64,000 nt of DNA, taken from positions 310,001 to 374,000 of the forward strand of contig OW569372.1 of assembly GCA_937625935.1 (NCBI GenBank). Direction: 5' to 3'. The DNA comes from Tetramitus jugosus (taxonomy: Eukaryota; Protista; Heterolobosea). The number at the start of each line of letters is the position of its first letter. Position 1 is the stretch's first letter. The notes under the pieces were generated by a model. It was not told the DNA's origin. It saw only the letters and a program-made list of their open reading frames with translations, and made no database searches. This document shows, in pieces, positions 43,227 through 54,228 of the stretch. The translations under genes were made by a program, and so were the position numbers.

Positions 43227-44258
43227 ATGTCATCATCATTCTGTTCCAGTATTCTGACATTAAATGGTCATTGGATCAACAGTGCCAATGGAGGATTGGA
43301 TCTGTTTCATTTTCTCACAGTGATTCCCACTTGTTTTTTTGTCTTGTATCTCATGAGTAAACTACGCATGTCCATCATTATTCTCAAACACTCTCAGTCA
43401 CTTGTACTATCGACTGTGTACACTTTTGTATGGTGTATATGTGTATTCAATCTCATGACTAGTCTATTCAGTATGACTCTGATGACCATTAGCAATCAAC
43501 TATCCAATTCATCATCATCATCATCATCTTTTATCAACAATAATGACATCAACAACAATAATCACTCATTGTCATTCATGACCAACATGAATCGCATCGT
43601 AGGTCACGTCTCACTTGGCATACTCAACTTTGTGATTGAGTTTATAGAGATTGCAGTGATTGTATTCATGTTCTTTTCTCACTCTCAATTGAGTCACATC
43701 AAAGTAGTGACTCGCACTGGTTTCATCTCTGGAATGATTTCACTGTTTGATAATTCGATTGCAGTGACACTGAGTCTCTTGTTTTTTCAAAATTTTTCAT
43801 CATCAACATCTACTGCTACTGCTACTCCTGGTCTGATCATTGATAATAATAATGGAAATGGTAATGGTGTGAATAACAATACCAATTGGATGAATAGTCA
43901 CATTATGATTGAAAATGCACTGTACACTGTCATCTCCACCAGTATATTCGTCTTCATGTACACCATGATCCTACTGTTGCCACTGTTCAAGTGCATTCGA
44001 CACCGTATTCCTCAACGATCCGGTTTCTATATCTACATCATGTTTCTCACATTGAACAATGTGTTGCAATTGATTGGTGGAGCACTGTTGTTGGCACGTG
44101 TAGACAGTGGACTGTGTGTCATGACCTTTAGCAAATTCCTCTACTTTTCATCCTATGCACCCATATTGTACAAGTGTTTTCTCAGTCAGTACTTTACGCG
44201 TGATGTGTTTGATCAGGTATCTGTCGAACGATTCTTTCAACGAGGTGATTTGAAGTGA
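43227..44258 (+). CDS. TPRA1/GPR175 (plant CAND2-like) multi-pass membrane protein
   Basis: About 7 TM segments; P..FFVLYL, IEIAVIVF, IPQRSGFYIYIMFL..NVLQLIG, GLC, LYFSSYAPILYKCFL. Confidence 0.75.
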   Translation: MSSSFCSSILTLNGHWINSANGGLDLFHFLTVIPTCFFVLYLMSKLRMSIIILKHSQSLVLSTVYTFVWCICVFNLMTSLFSMTLMTISNQLSNSSSSSSSFINNNDINNNNHSLSFMTNMNRIVGHVSLGILNFVIEFIEIAVIVFMFFSHSQLSHIKVVTRTGFISGMISLFDNSIAVTLSLLFFQNFSSSTSTATATPGLIIDNNNGNGNGVNNNTNWMNSHIMIENALYTVISTSIFVFMYTMILLLPLFKCIRHRIPQRSGFYIYIMFLTLNNVLQLIGGALLLARVDSGLCVMTFSKFLYFSSYAPILYKCFLSQYFTRDVFDQVSVERFFQRGDLK

Positions 44259-44580
44259 AGTGTATATGTATGTGATGGAGAGACACATGTAGTTATATAT
44301 TAATAATCTAAGAAGAATCATAGGAGAGACTCATACACAAAGCTCATGTCAGGTACATTCATCTGTAAACTTCATGATACAGGATTGTGATGCACACCAC
44401 CACCACCACCTGTGTATGAAGGGATGGACAAGGAACCATGAGAGGAATAGTTTACCCATCGAGAGAGAGCGATGACTGAAGACAGCACTAGGTATTGTCA
44501 TTGAGAGTAGTGGTTATTGGGAATTATCATCACGATCAATAAACAACAATAACAACTAAATAGTTGAACCGCTTTTTTAA

Positions 44581-45645
44581 TTAATTAGAGAGAACAAATG
44601 GCTTGCTTGTTCTTCTGAATCTTGCCTGAACAAACACTCGATTCATTTGTTTTTGTTCCTTGACGTTCACCACTTGTTTCTCACAATAGTCGCACTGTAT
44701 CGTTTCAAAGTAACCATCACGCGTAAACAACTCTACCATTTCTTCTGTTGAGAAATAGTAGGCACGTGTACCGTCACCTCGTACATAAAAGTGATCTTCA
44801 ATCTTCTTGTACGATTCCTTTTCTGTTTGGAATCGTGTCTGTGCCAAATCATTTCTTGCATAGTCACGAATAAAGACAATTCCTGTCGATAGTGTCACAC
44901 AGGAGGCAATCTTGTCTACGCAATTGTTGAATTTGTGAGGCGAGATGGCACTGAGAACAAATATGCACGTACAAAAATCAATGCACGATTCTGGAATATA
45001 ATCATGTATACTATTATTACTATTGTTATTATTCTGAATATAATTGTCATTTGTAATCGATGGATTGGTTGTCATTGCACTGGATAAATCATGAACAAAT
45101 GCAGTGACTTGATTCGGAAACAGTTGATGATTCATGTAATAGTCATGTTGATGAATCAATTGAACGGCAGTGCGTGAAAAATCAAATGCATACACTTGAA
45201 AGCATGACAATTTTGAAAAATAGTTTTGAACCAGTGGGAAGAATGTGTTACCGACACCACAACCTGCCTCCAAGAATCGATACTTGACCAATTGATGATG
45301 ATTTTCACTATTATCATTATCATTACTATTCATATTGTTCGTATTATTATTGTGATTCATCGCATGATTGTAGGCATCATTCAATTCTACAAATTCTCTC
45401 ATGATCCAATGCCTGTCCTTGAAGAAACCAGTTTTATTATTGTTGTAGAATCTGTTCCAAAAAATGTCAGCCTTTTCACAGTATTGTTGTTTCATGAACG
45501 GAGATGCTCCATTCTGATTACCCAATCGATTCAACAATTGTTGAGAATACGGTTGATAGAGTCTATCAGGTTCACACTTGTATTGTTCAATGAATTGTTT
45601 GAGACCTTGTTCTCCACATTCATAATAGGTGGGTGATGATGACAT
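44581..45645 (-). CDS. tRNA N3-methylcytidine methyltransferase (METTL2/6, Trm140 family)
   Basis: FWNRFY, FFKDRHW..REF, LEAGCGVGNT.FP, FDFSRTAV, IFVLSAI.P, RDYARND, YVRGDGTRAYYF; start MSSSPT at 45645. Confidence 0.93.
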   Translation of the reverse strand: MSSSPTYYECGEQGLKQFIEQYKCEPDRLYQPYSQQLLNRLGNQNGASPFMKQQYCEKADIFWNRFYNNNKTGFFKDRHWIMREFVELNDAYNHAMNHNNNTNNMNSNDNDNSENHHQLVKYRFLEAGCGVGNTFFPLVQNYFSKLSCFQVYAFDFSRTAVQLIHQHDYYMNHQLFPNQVTAFVHDLSSAMTTNPSITNDNYIQNNNNSNNSIHDYIPESCIDFCTCIFVLSAISPHKFNNCVDKIASCVTLSTGIVFIRDYARNDLAQTRFQTEKESYKKIEDHFYVRGDGTRAYYFSTEEMVELFTRDGYFETIQCDYCEKQVVNVKEQKQMNRVFVQARFRRTSKPFVLSN

Positions 45646-45809
45646 GGAGTTGCTCGATTTTTTTTTGTGTGTGTGTTGATTGAAGAGTGCAATTCTCTGT
45701 GTGAAATCATCGGAGAATCTGTCCGATCGAATAAGTTCATGGCAGAGTTGATTGAAAACACGCAAGAACGGAACAACAAAACACAGACACATATCGAACA
45801 CATACATTG

Positions 45810-47162
45810 ATGCAGCAACCCATGATGAAACAACAACCATTGTTTGGAGTACTGTGCATTGGTCAATCACCAATGGTGATTCAACCTCATCAATCATCAT
45901 CCAATACAACAACAACCATCACTGCTCAACAACAACCACAACAAGAATTATCATCAGCAGTGTATCATGAAATTACCATTGATTCAATCATGACTTTCCC
46001 AGTTGCATTCATTGTTGTGTATTGGTTACCTCTCTCCTGTCACATGCCATCACCTCTATCCTCTTCTCATGCCATCATTTACTCTTCTCAACAACAATCA
46101 TCATCCAATCACAACAATCACAACAATCTCAACAATCACAATCATATTGATAATAATAATAGTGGTGATATTGATATGGATGATATGAATGAGAATTGGA
46201 CATGTCATGGATGCATATCACTTCCATCACTCAATAACACTAAGAAGAATGGAACCAGTCATCATCATCATCCATCATCCATTCAATTTCAAGTCATGAA
46301 TCAATCCAGTGTTACAATCAGAGTGATTCCCATCTCCCAACAACACAATCATCCACTATCACTGCCATCATTACCACTCTCATCTCATCATCCTCATCAC
46401 TTGTTGGATCAATTGTTGTCACTGGATCAATTGAATGAATACATGCAAGAGAGAAAACAAAAGTATCACAGACAGAAGAAGAAGGCGATCAATCAAAATA
46501 CAACTCATACGACTAATAATAGTAGTAGTAGTAGTAATAGTAATAGTAATAGTAGTGGTAAACAACAATTGAATCAAGTCAATGATACTCTTGTGCAGTG
46601 CTACAATGAACTGTACAAGAGTAGTTTACAAGTGAAAGCATTGGCCAAATCTGATTTGAAAACACTGGAGAGAAAGTGTCAAGACTATGTCATTCATGAA
46701 TGCATTATTCCTTCTCAACAACATCAAAACAACAACAACAACAACAACAGTAGTAATGAATCAATGCTCAATTGGGCATCTGAACAATTGAACTACATTA
46801 ATGATCAAATGTTTTACAAATTGATGAGAATTGATCAAGTGATTCTCACTGTTCAATACCATCAATCCACTACTGCGACTACTACTCTATCAACAACAAC
46901 AACTACTACTACTACTCCTCTATTGTCTCGAGTGATGATGAAGAACAAGGAACAAAGCTCTACATTCCTCAAGAGAGACGAAGGATATGAAAAACAGTAT
47001 CAGTTTGTCGTCAGGTATCTCGTGGCTTGTTACGAACGCATTCAAGACAAGTGTTTGGACATGTTGATGGATTTGGATGCCAATCAACTCAAACAGAGAA
47101 AACAGATGAACGTGCTGATTCAACAGCGAATTCAACAATTGCACTCTATGCAATCAAAGTAA
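45810..47162 (+). CDS. Hypothetical protein with Hikeshi-like N-terminus and BAG-like C-terminal helices
   Basis: LFGVLCIGQ / IVVYWLP / WTCHGCIS / PSSIQF; C-terminal DMLMDLD..QRKQMNVLIQQRIQQL. Confidence 0.6.
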   Translation: MQQPMMKQQPLFGVLCIGQSPMVIQPHQSSSNTTTTITAQQQPQQELSSAVYHEITIDSIMTFPVAFIVVYWLPLSCHMPSPLSSSHAIIYSSQQQSSSNHNNHNNLNNHNHIDNNNSGDIDMDDMNENWTCHGCISLPSLNNTKKNGTSHHHHPSSIQFQVMNQSSVTIRVIPISQQHNHPLSLPSLPLSSHHPHHLLDQLLSLDQLNEYMQERKQKYHRQKKKAINQNTTHTTNNSSSSSNSNSNSSGKQQLNQVNDTLVQCYNELYKSSLQVKALAKSDLKTLERKCQDYVIHECIIPSQQHQNNNNNNNSSNESMLNWASEQLNYINDQMFYKLMRIDQVILTVQYHQSTTATTTLSTTTTTTTTPLLSRVMMKNKEQSSTFLKRDEGYEKQYQFVVRYLVACYERIQDKCLDMLMDLDANQLKQRKQMNVLIQQRIQQLHSMQSK

Positions 47163-47372
47163 AGTTTCTTTGTCTTATTATTCATGTATTCTCCCACAGC
47201 AGCGGGGAATATTTTTTAAGAGAGAACTATGTTGGAACATTATCAGAACACCACACTGGAGAGAAGAAATAACGAAAGTTGTGACAAACCGTCTGACCAA
47301 GCAACATAACAAACACCACACAACAGAGTGATCTCAAAAAACATAACATCATAGCAGCACAATATCACCATC

Positions 47373-49331
47373 ATGAATCATTTAAAAGCAGTCGTTGTGG
47401 GTGATGGAGCAGTCGGAAAGAGTTGTTTACTCATTTCGTATACGACCAACGCATTTCCCATGGACTACGTACCAACCGTGTTTGACAATTATGCGGCCAA
47501 TGTGATGCACAATGGTAAAGCCTATTCGTTAGGACTGTGGGACACTGCAGGTCAAGAGGACTATGATCGATTGAGACCATTGAGCTATCCAAACACTGAT
47601 GTGTTTCTCATCGTGTTCAGTGTCAATAACAGACGCAGTTTTGAGAATGTGAGAGAAAAGTGGTGCCCCGAAGTGAGGCATCACGTATCACCTCACACAC
47701 CCATTCTTCTCGTGGGAACAAAGAGTGATCTCAGACGCAACAATACTACTAATAACAATAATAATAACAATAATAATACTAATTTTGTGACTGAGCAGGA
47801 AGCAAGAGACATGGCACGTACGATTGGAGCCATTGCCTATGTTGAAACAAGTGCACTGGAGCAAACAAATCTGACTGAATGTTTTCGAATGGCCCTGGAC
47901 GCAGCCGAAGGTGCAATCTATCCGTCATACGCAAAATCAAGCAAGAAAAAGTCTTTGGCTGGACCATCATTGGGTCGATTGTTTGCTGGTAGGAACAAGA
48001 AGTCATCTAGCAGCAGCAGCAGCAGTAGTGTTTATTCATCTGAAAGTGATACTACTGCAGCAGTGGAAACTGTGAGATCACCACCTGAATTGCCTGTACC
48101 GACACATGCACCTAGAGTGGACATTGAAACATCCAACTATGGTGAATTGCTGGCATCGATGATTAACAATGAATTTTGTAGTGATGTTCACTTGATACTG
48201 GGAGGTCATACATTCTATGCTCATACAGTGCTTCTTGCATCTGCATCGACACTGTTTCAACGATTGTTGCAATATGTTGCCAATCAACATCCATCCGACA
48301 ACACTGCGTCACCACTGTCGTGGGAGGAAGTAAGAGCCAACAAGATTGCTCCATTCAAAAACATTGAAAGAATAGAGACAGAAGCAGACGAGGGTAGACA
48401 AACTGTTCGATACACGATCGAAATTGATGAGGATTTGGTCACAAATGTAGCCATGAAGAGAATACTGGAGTACTTGTATAGTGGAATGGCTACTATTGCT
48501 GATAGTAACGATAAGATCGAAGAAACAAGAACAGCGGCTCAACTGTTCGAGTGTGAGCACTTGCTATCCATTATTGATAATGTGGTGAGTGGTGATGTAG
48601 AATTGAATCCGAGTATAGCGACATGGTTGAATGACACCGTTGCGGAGAGAATCAAAGGCATGTTTATGAATCAGAACAATTCATTCTCTGATGTTCATTT
48701 CGTAATTCCTTCTCCTGCATTGAACGATCAGAGTGAGTATAGCAATGGTGGTGCAATCAAATTCTACGGTCATAGATCACTCTTGTCCTGTCAATGCCCT
48801 GTGATGAGCGCGATGCTCAACAATGGTTTCACAGAGAGTGAGCAGAGAGAGATCGAGATGGATGTGGAGATGATATCGTCACCTGAAGCCTACACGGCAC
48901 TGTTCGAATACATGTATACTGCACATGCTCCCATTAATGATGCTAACGTAGTATCATTGATGATATTGGCGAATCAGTATGGTCTTACTCGGCTTGTCAC
49001 ACTGTGTGAATTGTACATTACAAAATTGATTGAGAAGGCAACAATTGATGGTATTGCCAATGCAGATATCGATATCATTGGCCTGATGCTGTGTGCACAG
49101 ACACACAACGCACCTCAACTGGCTCAATTCTGCCTCCATTTTATCTCTACCAACTATCAACCAATGAGCAAGAGAGCCGAGTTTGCTTTGTTGGAGGGTG
49201 ACAATCTCACATATATCGAAGCGAATCAATGGCCACCAAAGTCCTACCTCGAAGCAATGCTCGAATATGAAAAGGGAATTTCTGGTGCTTCTTCAAGCAG
49301 CGACACAAATAAACAGTGCTCCATTATGTAA
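47373..49331 (+). CDS. RhoBTB/RacA-type atypical Rho GTPase (Rac-like GTPase + two BTB domains + CAAX)
   Basis: [36 protein letters not shown]; two BTB domains (SDVHLIL.., SDVHF..); QWPP..YL; ends CSIM. Confidence 0.93.
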   Translation: MNHLKAVVVGDGAVGKSCLLISYTTNAFPMDYVPTVFDNYAANVMHNGKAYSLGLWDTAGQEDYDRLRPLSYPNTDVFLIVFSVNNRRSFENVREKWCPEVRHHVSPHTPILLVGTKSDLRRNNTTNNNNNNNNNTNFVTEQEARDMARTIGAIAYVETSALEQTNLTECFRMALDAAEGAIYPSYAKSSKKKSLAGPSLGRLFAGRNKKSSSSSSSSSVYSSESDTTAAVETVRSPPELPVPTHAPRVDIETSNYGELLASMINNEFCSDVHLILGGHTFYAHTVLLASASTLFQRLLQYVANQHPSDNTASPLSWEEVRANKIAPFKNIERIETEADEGRQTVRYTIEIDEDLVTNVAMKRILEYLYSGMATIADSNDKIEETRTAAQLFECEHLLSIIDNVVSGDVELNPSIATWLNDTVAERIKGMFMNQNNSFSDVHFVIPSPALNDQSEYSNGGAIKFYGHRSLLSCQCPVMSAMLNNGFTESEQREIEMDVEMISSPEAYTALFEYMYTAHAPINDANVVSLMILANQYGLTRLVTLCELYITKLIEKATIDGIANADIDIIGLMLCAQTHNAPQLAQFCLHFISTNYQPMSKRAEFALLEGDNLTYIEANQWPPKSYLEAMLEYEKGISGASSSSDTNKQCSIM

Positions 49332-49642
49332 GAAAACAGATAGTTGACCATCCTCATATTCATGTGCTTTTTGGGAAGATATGTTTGATTTTAACCAACT
49401 TAGGAACAATTGTTCCATATGATCATTCCCCTCTTTGTGTTGAGCATTATTCTCAATGTTGGAATCCAATTGCATTCTGTTTGTTTCGTTCGTCATTTTC
49501 CTCTCCTTCATTTCTTCTTGCAACTCCTTGTATTCCCCGAACTCCTTCAATATCTTGTTGGCAGATTGAGCGTATGAAGAAATCTCTGTTGTGTTTGATA
49601 CGTGTGTGTGAGTCATTCATTATTGTTACTTGTTGATTCCAT

Positions 49643-50242
49643 TTATTCAAAATCCTTCTTAATGTTCAACGAGTATTCAAGATCGAGATGAGTCTGCTTG
49701 TCATCATCAATAAACTTGGTGCGTGCCTTGTAGGAACCTCTGGCGAGCAATCCACTTGGTGCAGTAAACACTGGAGACTTGTAGCTGTATGCAGTTGCAT
49801 TTGGTGCGTAACTGCCCATCATGAAATCCTTCTTCTCAACAGTGATGCCTGCCTTGCTAATGCTATTGACGAATCGCAATGCACTCACAATGTCATGTTG
49901 AATCTTGAATGTGACAACAAATTGATAGTCAGTGCCCTCCTTGATGGTAATAGGTGTCTTCTTGAGTTCTTCCTCCTTTTGCTTCGTGTCCAACTCTCTA
50001 ATGATATCGACGTGTTCACCGTTGGGGAACTTGACACCAAAGCTTTGAATGACGACGAGACGTGGGTCATCAGTCTTTGGAACGCCCTTTGCAGCAGCAC
50101 CCAACAATTGTTCCTTGTACTTTCTGAGGGACTCGTCTTCTTCTTGCTTGTTCAACAGCTCAGAGAGACTCTCCTTTGGTGGTGGAACGTAGGAGTCAAC
50201 TGGTGAATCAATGTGTTGATCAGATGAGGATGATGATGACAT
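49643..50242 (-). CDS. Rho GDP-dissociation inhibitor
   Basis: EDESLRKYKEQLLG, IKEG, F.IQHDIVSAL, MMGSYAP, APSGLLARGSY, F.DDD. Confidence 0.95.
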   Translation of the reverse strand: MSSSSSSDQHIDSPVDSYVPPPKESLSELLNKQEEDESLRKYKEQLLGAAAKGVPKTDDPRLVVIQSFGVKFPNGEHVDIIRELDTKQKEEELKKTPITIKEGTDYQFVVTFKIQHDIVSALRFVNSISKAGITVEKKDFMMGSYAPNATAYSYKSPVFTAPSGLLARGSYKARTKFIDDDKQTHLDLEYSLNIKKDFE

Positions 50243-50555
50243 GATGATTGATATTATAGGTAGTGGTAGTAGTGGTACAGAGTTTGTTGTTGTTGTTTGG
50301 TTTTTTTTGGGTGAGAGGTTTTTTTTTCATGGGAAGGGAAACACGGAGTCGACTGTGGTTGAACAGCACAGGAACACCACCTTGTTGTGTGTTGCGAGCA
50401 CAAAAACATTCCTGTCTCACATGTTCCTGGTGTTTCGAAGCTGAGATCTCAATCGGAGTAATTACTCTAAAAGACGTCATTCAAGTTGATGGGGAATGAC
50501 ATGTGAGAAGTCAAGAAAAAAGCTTATTTGGCACCAAAATGGAGCGTTGACTCGT

Positions 50556-51659
50556 TTACAATGGAGAAGGAGGTGATAGGAGAAATTGTTGGATGAGTTG
50601 ATTGGTTTCATCAGGAGTTTCAAGCATGGGTAAATGTCCAGCATTGGATATCGTATGGAATGTGGATTGTTTGAACCAAGAGTGCAATTGTTTGCCATCT
50701 TCCACAAGCATGACACGATCCGACTCACCAGTGAACACGAGAACTGGAGTGTGTTCAAAGTGTTGTTCAATTTCTTCTCTCCTTGGCCAAACAGCCTGTC
50801 TCACAATAGCCTTGATTACAAACATGGGATTCTTGGATGAAACTGCTTCTTCTTTCTCAATGAGCTCCATGCTTGTATTCGGATGGAAGCACGCCTTCCT
50901 AAAGCTGCTTCTACCAAAAGATCTCAAATATTCAAGAACGGATGCAGGTAAATAGAGAAATGGACTCTTGGAGGATCGTGGTAACTGGTCAGATGTACCA
51001 ATGAGAATCAATCGATCCGGTACAGCAACAGCAGCAGCCGTATTGGATTCCTGCCGTTGTTGTTTCCATAGTCTCATTGTCAAGTACATTGCCAATCCAG
51101 ATCCCATCGAATGACCAATAATCACATGCTCGTTACATGCACAATGATTGCTAGTCTTATTATTAATATTCTTATTATTAATATTGTTATTAATAGTATT
51201 ATTATTAATATTGTTAGTATTCATATCCTTGGTGTCATCTTGTTGTTGTTGTTGATACAAGACTGTTGTATATTGTTGATAGATGAACATTGCATCATCA
51301 ATCAGATTGTCCCAAGAGTACATTGACCAAACATCATCGTCACTCACTTCATTCTCCACAGATGCCTGATCCTGTTGCTGTTGGGAGAAAAATTGGGTGT
51401 CAATGGGCTTATCACTCTTTCCATGACCCAACCAGTCAAAACAAACACAAAGGCATTCCCCGTTGGGATACAGTTGATTCAAGTGGTGCACCTGTGGCTC
51501 AAATTGCTCTACTCGACCACCGAGGCCATGAATGAAGAAAAACAGTTTTTTGTGTTCATGTCTTGAGATTTGCTCTGGAGACAGATTGGTCACGATTCTG
51601 TATTGCAATGTTTGATGGAAGCGTTGACGTGTCAGGTAGTGATGATGATATTGGTCCAT
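50556..51659 (-). CDS. Alpha/beta hydrolase (ABHD8-like)
   Basis: FFIHGLGG, DWLGHGKS, GHSMG, GESD, AGHLPMLE. Confidence 0.88.
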   Translation of the reverse strand: MDQYHHHYLTRQRFHQTLQYRIVTNLSPEQISRHEHKKLFFFIHGLGGRVEQFEPQVHHLNQLYPNGECLCVCFDWLGHGKSDKPIDTQFFSQQQQDQASVENEVSDDDVWSMYSWDNLIDDAMFIYQQYTTVLYQQQQQDDTKDMNTNNINNNTINNNINNKNINNKTSNHCACNEHVIIGHSMGSGLAMYLTMRLWKQQRQESNTAAAVAVPDRLILIGTSDQLPRSSKSPFLYLPASVLEYLRSFGRSSFRKACFHPNTSMELIEKEEAVSSKNPMFVIKAIVRQAVWPRREEIEQHFEHTPVLVFTGESDRVMLVEDGKQLHSWFKQSTFHTISNAGHLPMLETPDETNQLIQQFLLSPPSPL

Positions 51660-51779
51660 TTGGTTTTATTGGTGTGTTTTTTGTTTTTTGTGTGGTTTGT
51701 TTAGTTGAACAAGGTTTGGGATAGATTGTTTTGGTGTCTCGAACAACCAACCCTAGAATCATCGACTCTGAAGATTCAG

Positions 51780-52613
51780 TTAGAATTCATAAACCTTATG
51801 GTAGGTCTTCAGGATAAAAGTCATTTCCAGGGATACACTTACCCACATCTCTGTATGAAGAGTATCCGACTATTGCTATTTCCATGCCAACATTGATTTA
51901 CTTGCAAGATGACAAGTAGGGATAGGAGGTTTTGGTAATGCCTTCGCTTTCATAACACAGATGTCATACTGAGGATGAAGGTGTTGTGATGGATCCTCAG
52001 GATCTCTGCCATACACCTCCTTTTGTATCCTTAAAGATCCCAGTGTATGTAGTGAATGTCTGGAGCTCAACATGTGCTTCAACAGACTCCCTCACTATTC
52101 GTCGTGGAAGTACCGTTTTCACAAGATTAGGTGAAACGTTTGTCACTGATACTTTGCTTCCTCTAATCTCTCCTAATTGCTTGACTGTTCCAATAGTGTT
52201 ACTACTCAACCTGAAACCAGATCCTGTTTCCTACAGTAGGTGGTTGTCTGATGTTTGAACTTGAGTGTTTAAAATTCGATAAACTAATTGGTCCAGTTGA
52301 TCTAGTTGATCCTTGTGTTTTGTGAAGGATTCTGTGGGAAACACTGCTTAGTCCTTTGTTGGCTCGCTATCACTTAGTAAGTGGTTTTCAAATGGGAACA
52401 CAACCCAAAGCAACCTCCGGAGGAGAAATTAAGTATGGCATAATCATGTCTTGTTTCCACTGAATCATTAGAGTTTAAAGCTCTAAGTTCAGTCGTTTCC
52501 ACTATTGACGGTAACCATATTCTCGGAATGTTAATTGGGTTAAACTCAGGAACCCATACAACTATTGAATATCCGTTCACCATCCTGCATTCGTCAGTGA
52601 ATATTGTAGGCAT
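51780..52613 (-). pseudogene. Possible decayed trypsin-like serine peptidase gene
   Basis: Frameshifted fragments in the expected order: ETGSGFRLSSNTIGT, HPQYDICVMK, VGMEIAIVGY; in-frame stops. Confidence 0.4.
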
Positions 52614-52747
52614 GTTGTTCCAGATATGAACGACAGTGACCGCGAGAAATCATGGGTGGACACAAAATTCACATTTTTTTATTGAAATAGAACTAAGATT
52701 ACAGTTGATATAGCATCTATCGGGTTGATCAATCAATAAGTAATGCT

Positions 52748-54031
52748 TCACTTCTTTTGGGGAGAGAGAATGAAATCTACAATGGATTGAGCCACTTGAG
52801 GAACGATAGATTGTTTCGGTGCCCCAGTTAAGCTCGCATTCGTCAAGTAGTGAGTCAGATTGGGTATGACGTGGACATTGGTTTGCGAGGATGTTACTTG
52901 AATGGAACGTGCTTTTAGCGCTTGAATCAAAGAGAAGTAATCTTCTTCATGCACGTTCATGTCTGTTGGAGAATTAATGCTCATAACATTGATGTTATTC
53001 AATCTTTCATCTCTCAGCCTATTTTCAAACACTTCGACATTGGAGTATTGTATCCATCCGTCAAGATAACTTCCAGTTACATAAGATCCGATGTTGTATA
53101 CATAATCAAATGGATATTGGCCCTGCCTAAACTTTGCAAAAAAGTCTGTGAGAGCAGGTATCATTGTTTCTGTTGATTTCTCGATGTTCTTCATTGCCTG
53201 AATCAATTCTTGTGAGTAGGGGGCAGACGGATCCTTTTGACATGCACTTTCCAATGTCTTGGCTCTATCGTTAATTCTTTGGTATTGCGCAATCATTAGG
53301 CTATCAATCTCTCTCTCTGTTCCTCCCAATAGCACCATATGAGAGATAATATTGACGGGATTACTCGTCATATTCAGGTAGTATCGGACAGCAGCGGGCG
53401 CAATCCCAACACCTTCGCTATGTCCAACAACTATCAAGTTCTCATATCCTCCTTTTTGCAAGTACAAGAGCGCACTAGCGGCATCCATTGCAATATCATC
53501 GGGTGTCTCTTGCTGTAAATTCAATTGTTGTGGCTCATCATACTGCGTACAAGCATAGTAGCAAGTACTAGGAAACTTGCCAAAGAATGGCACACACTTT
53601 TTACAAATTTCTTGCCTACAGCAGTCTCTCTTGTCATAAGTTAGAGTGGCAATACCATTGGCAACAAAGTATTGTGTCAAATCGGTAAAGAGTGCCCACT
53701 CCAAGTCAGTGACACCACAATTGGGCTTGATTGCATTCGGTTTAGCATCAGTATTCCACAGTTTGCCAGCAAAGGACTCTGAACGATCATTGGGACCACT
53801 ACCATGAATGAACACTGCGACATACTTTTTCAATGTGGATTCATCTGGCATGGTGAGAGTACCATGCATGTTGAGAGCTCCACCCTTGACACCAGGTGAT
53901 GGAAATGTCACATTCATTGCTCTCATCGCTCTGCTAGCAAAGACGCCTGCATAATGTTTACTTTGGATTGCTGAAGTGCACAACAACAGGAGCAAGGCAA
54001 ACGACAATACAAATAGGTTTAATGAATTCAT
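52748..54031 (-). CDS. Secreted alpha/beta hydrolase (bacterial-type HGSGP-DR / GHSEG family)
   Basis: Signal peptide from MNSLNLF; GTLTMP, FIHGSGPNDRSE, GIATLTYDKR, GHSEG, DMNV, PNLTH. Confidence 0.85.
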   Translation of the reverse strand: MNSLNLFVLSFALLLLLCTSAIQSKHYAGVFASRAMRAMNVTFPSPGVKGGALNMHGTLTMPDESTLKKYVAVFIHGSGPNDRSESFAGKLWNTDAKPNAIKPNCGVTDLEWALFTDLTQYFVANGIATLTYDKRDCCRQEICKKCVPFFGKFPSTCYYACTQYDEPQQLNLQQETPDDIAMDAASALLYLQKGGYENLIVVGHSEGVGIAPAAVRYYLNMTSNPVNIISHMVLLGGTEREIDSLMIAQYQRINDRAKTLESACQKDPSAPYSQELIQAMKNIEKSTETMIPALTDFFAKFRQGQYPFDYVYNIGSYVTGSYLDGWIQYSNVEVFENRLRDERLNNINVMSINSPTDMNVHEEDYFSLIQALKARSIQVTSSQTNVHVIPNLTHYLTNASLTGAPKQSIVPQVAQSIVDFILSPQKK

Positions 54032-54228
54032 AGAGACAGTTCTACAGTTTCTTGGTGTTTTTTTATGTTCTGGAGCAATGTCCTTTGATTTCGGCCTCTC
54101 GGGCGATAATGTCCCCTGCTTCCAATGTCCAATCAGACAACCACACAAGAATGGAGAATTTTGTTTTAGCAGGTGATCAAGTTCAATTATTTATTGGCCA
54201 CTCAAAACACCGAAGAAACCAGAGAAAA

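Noticed and set aside
49293-49616. 107-aa minus-strand ORF between RhoBTB and RhoGDI
   Set aside because: No recognisable domain, overlaps the RhoBTB stop and is out of frame with RhoGDI; cannot be supported, though a small gene is not excluded
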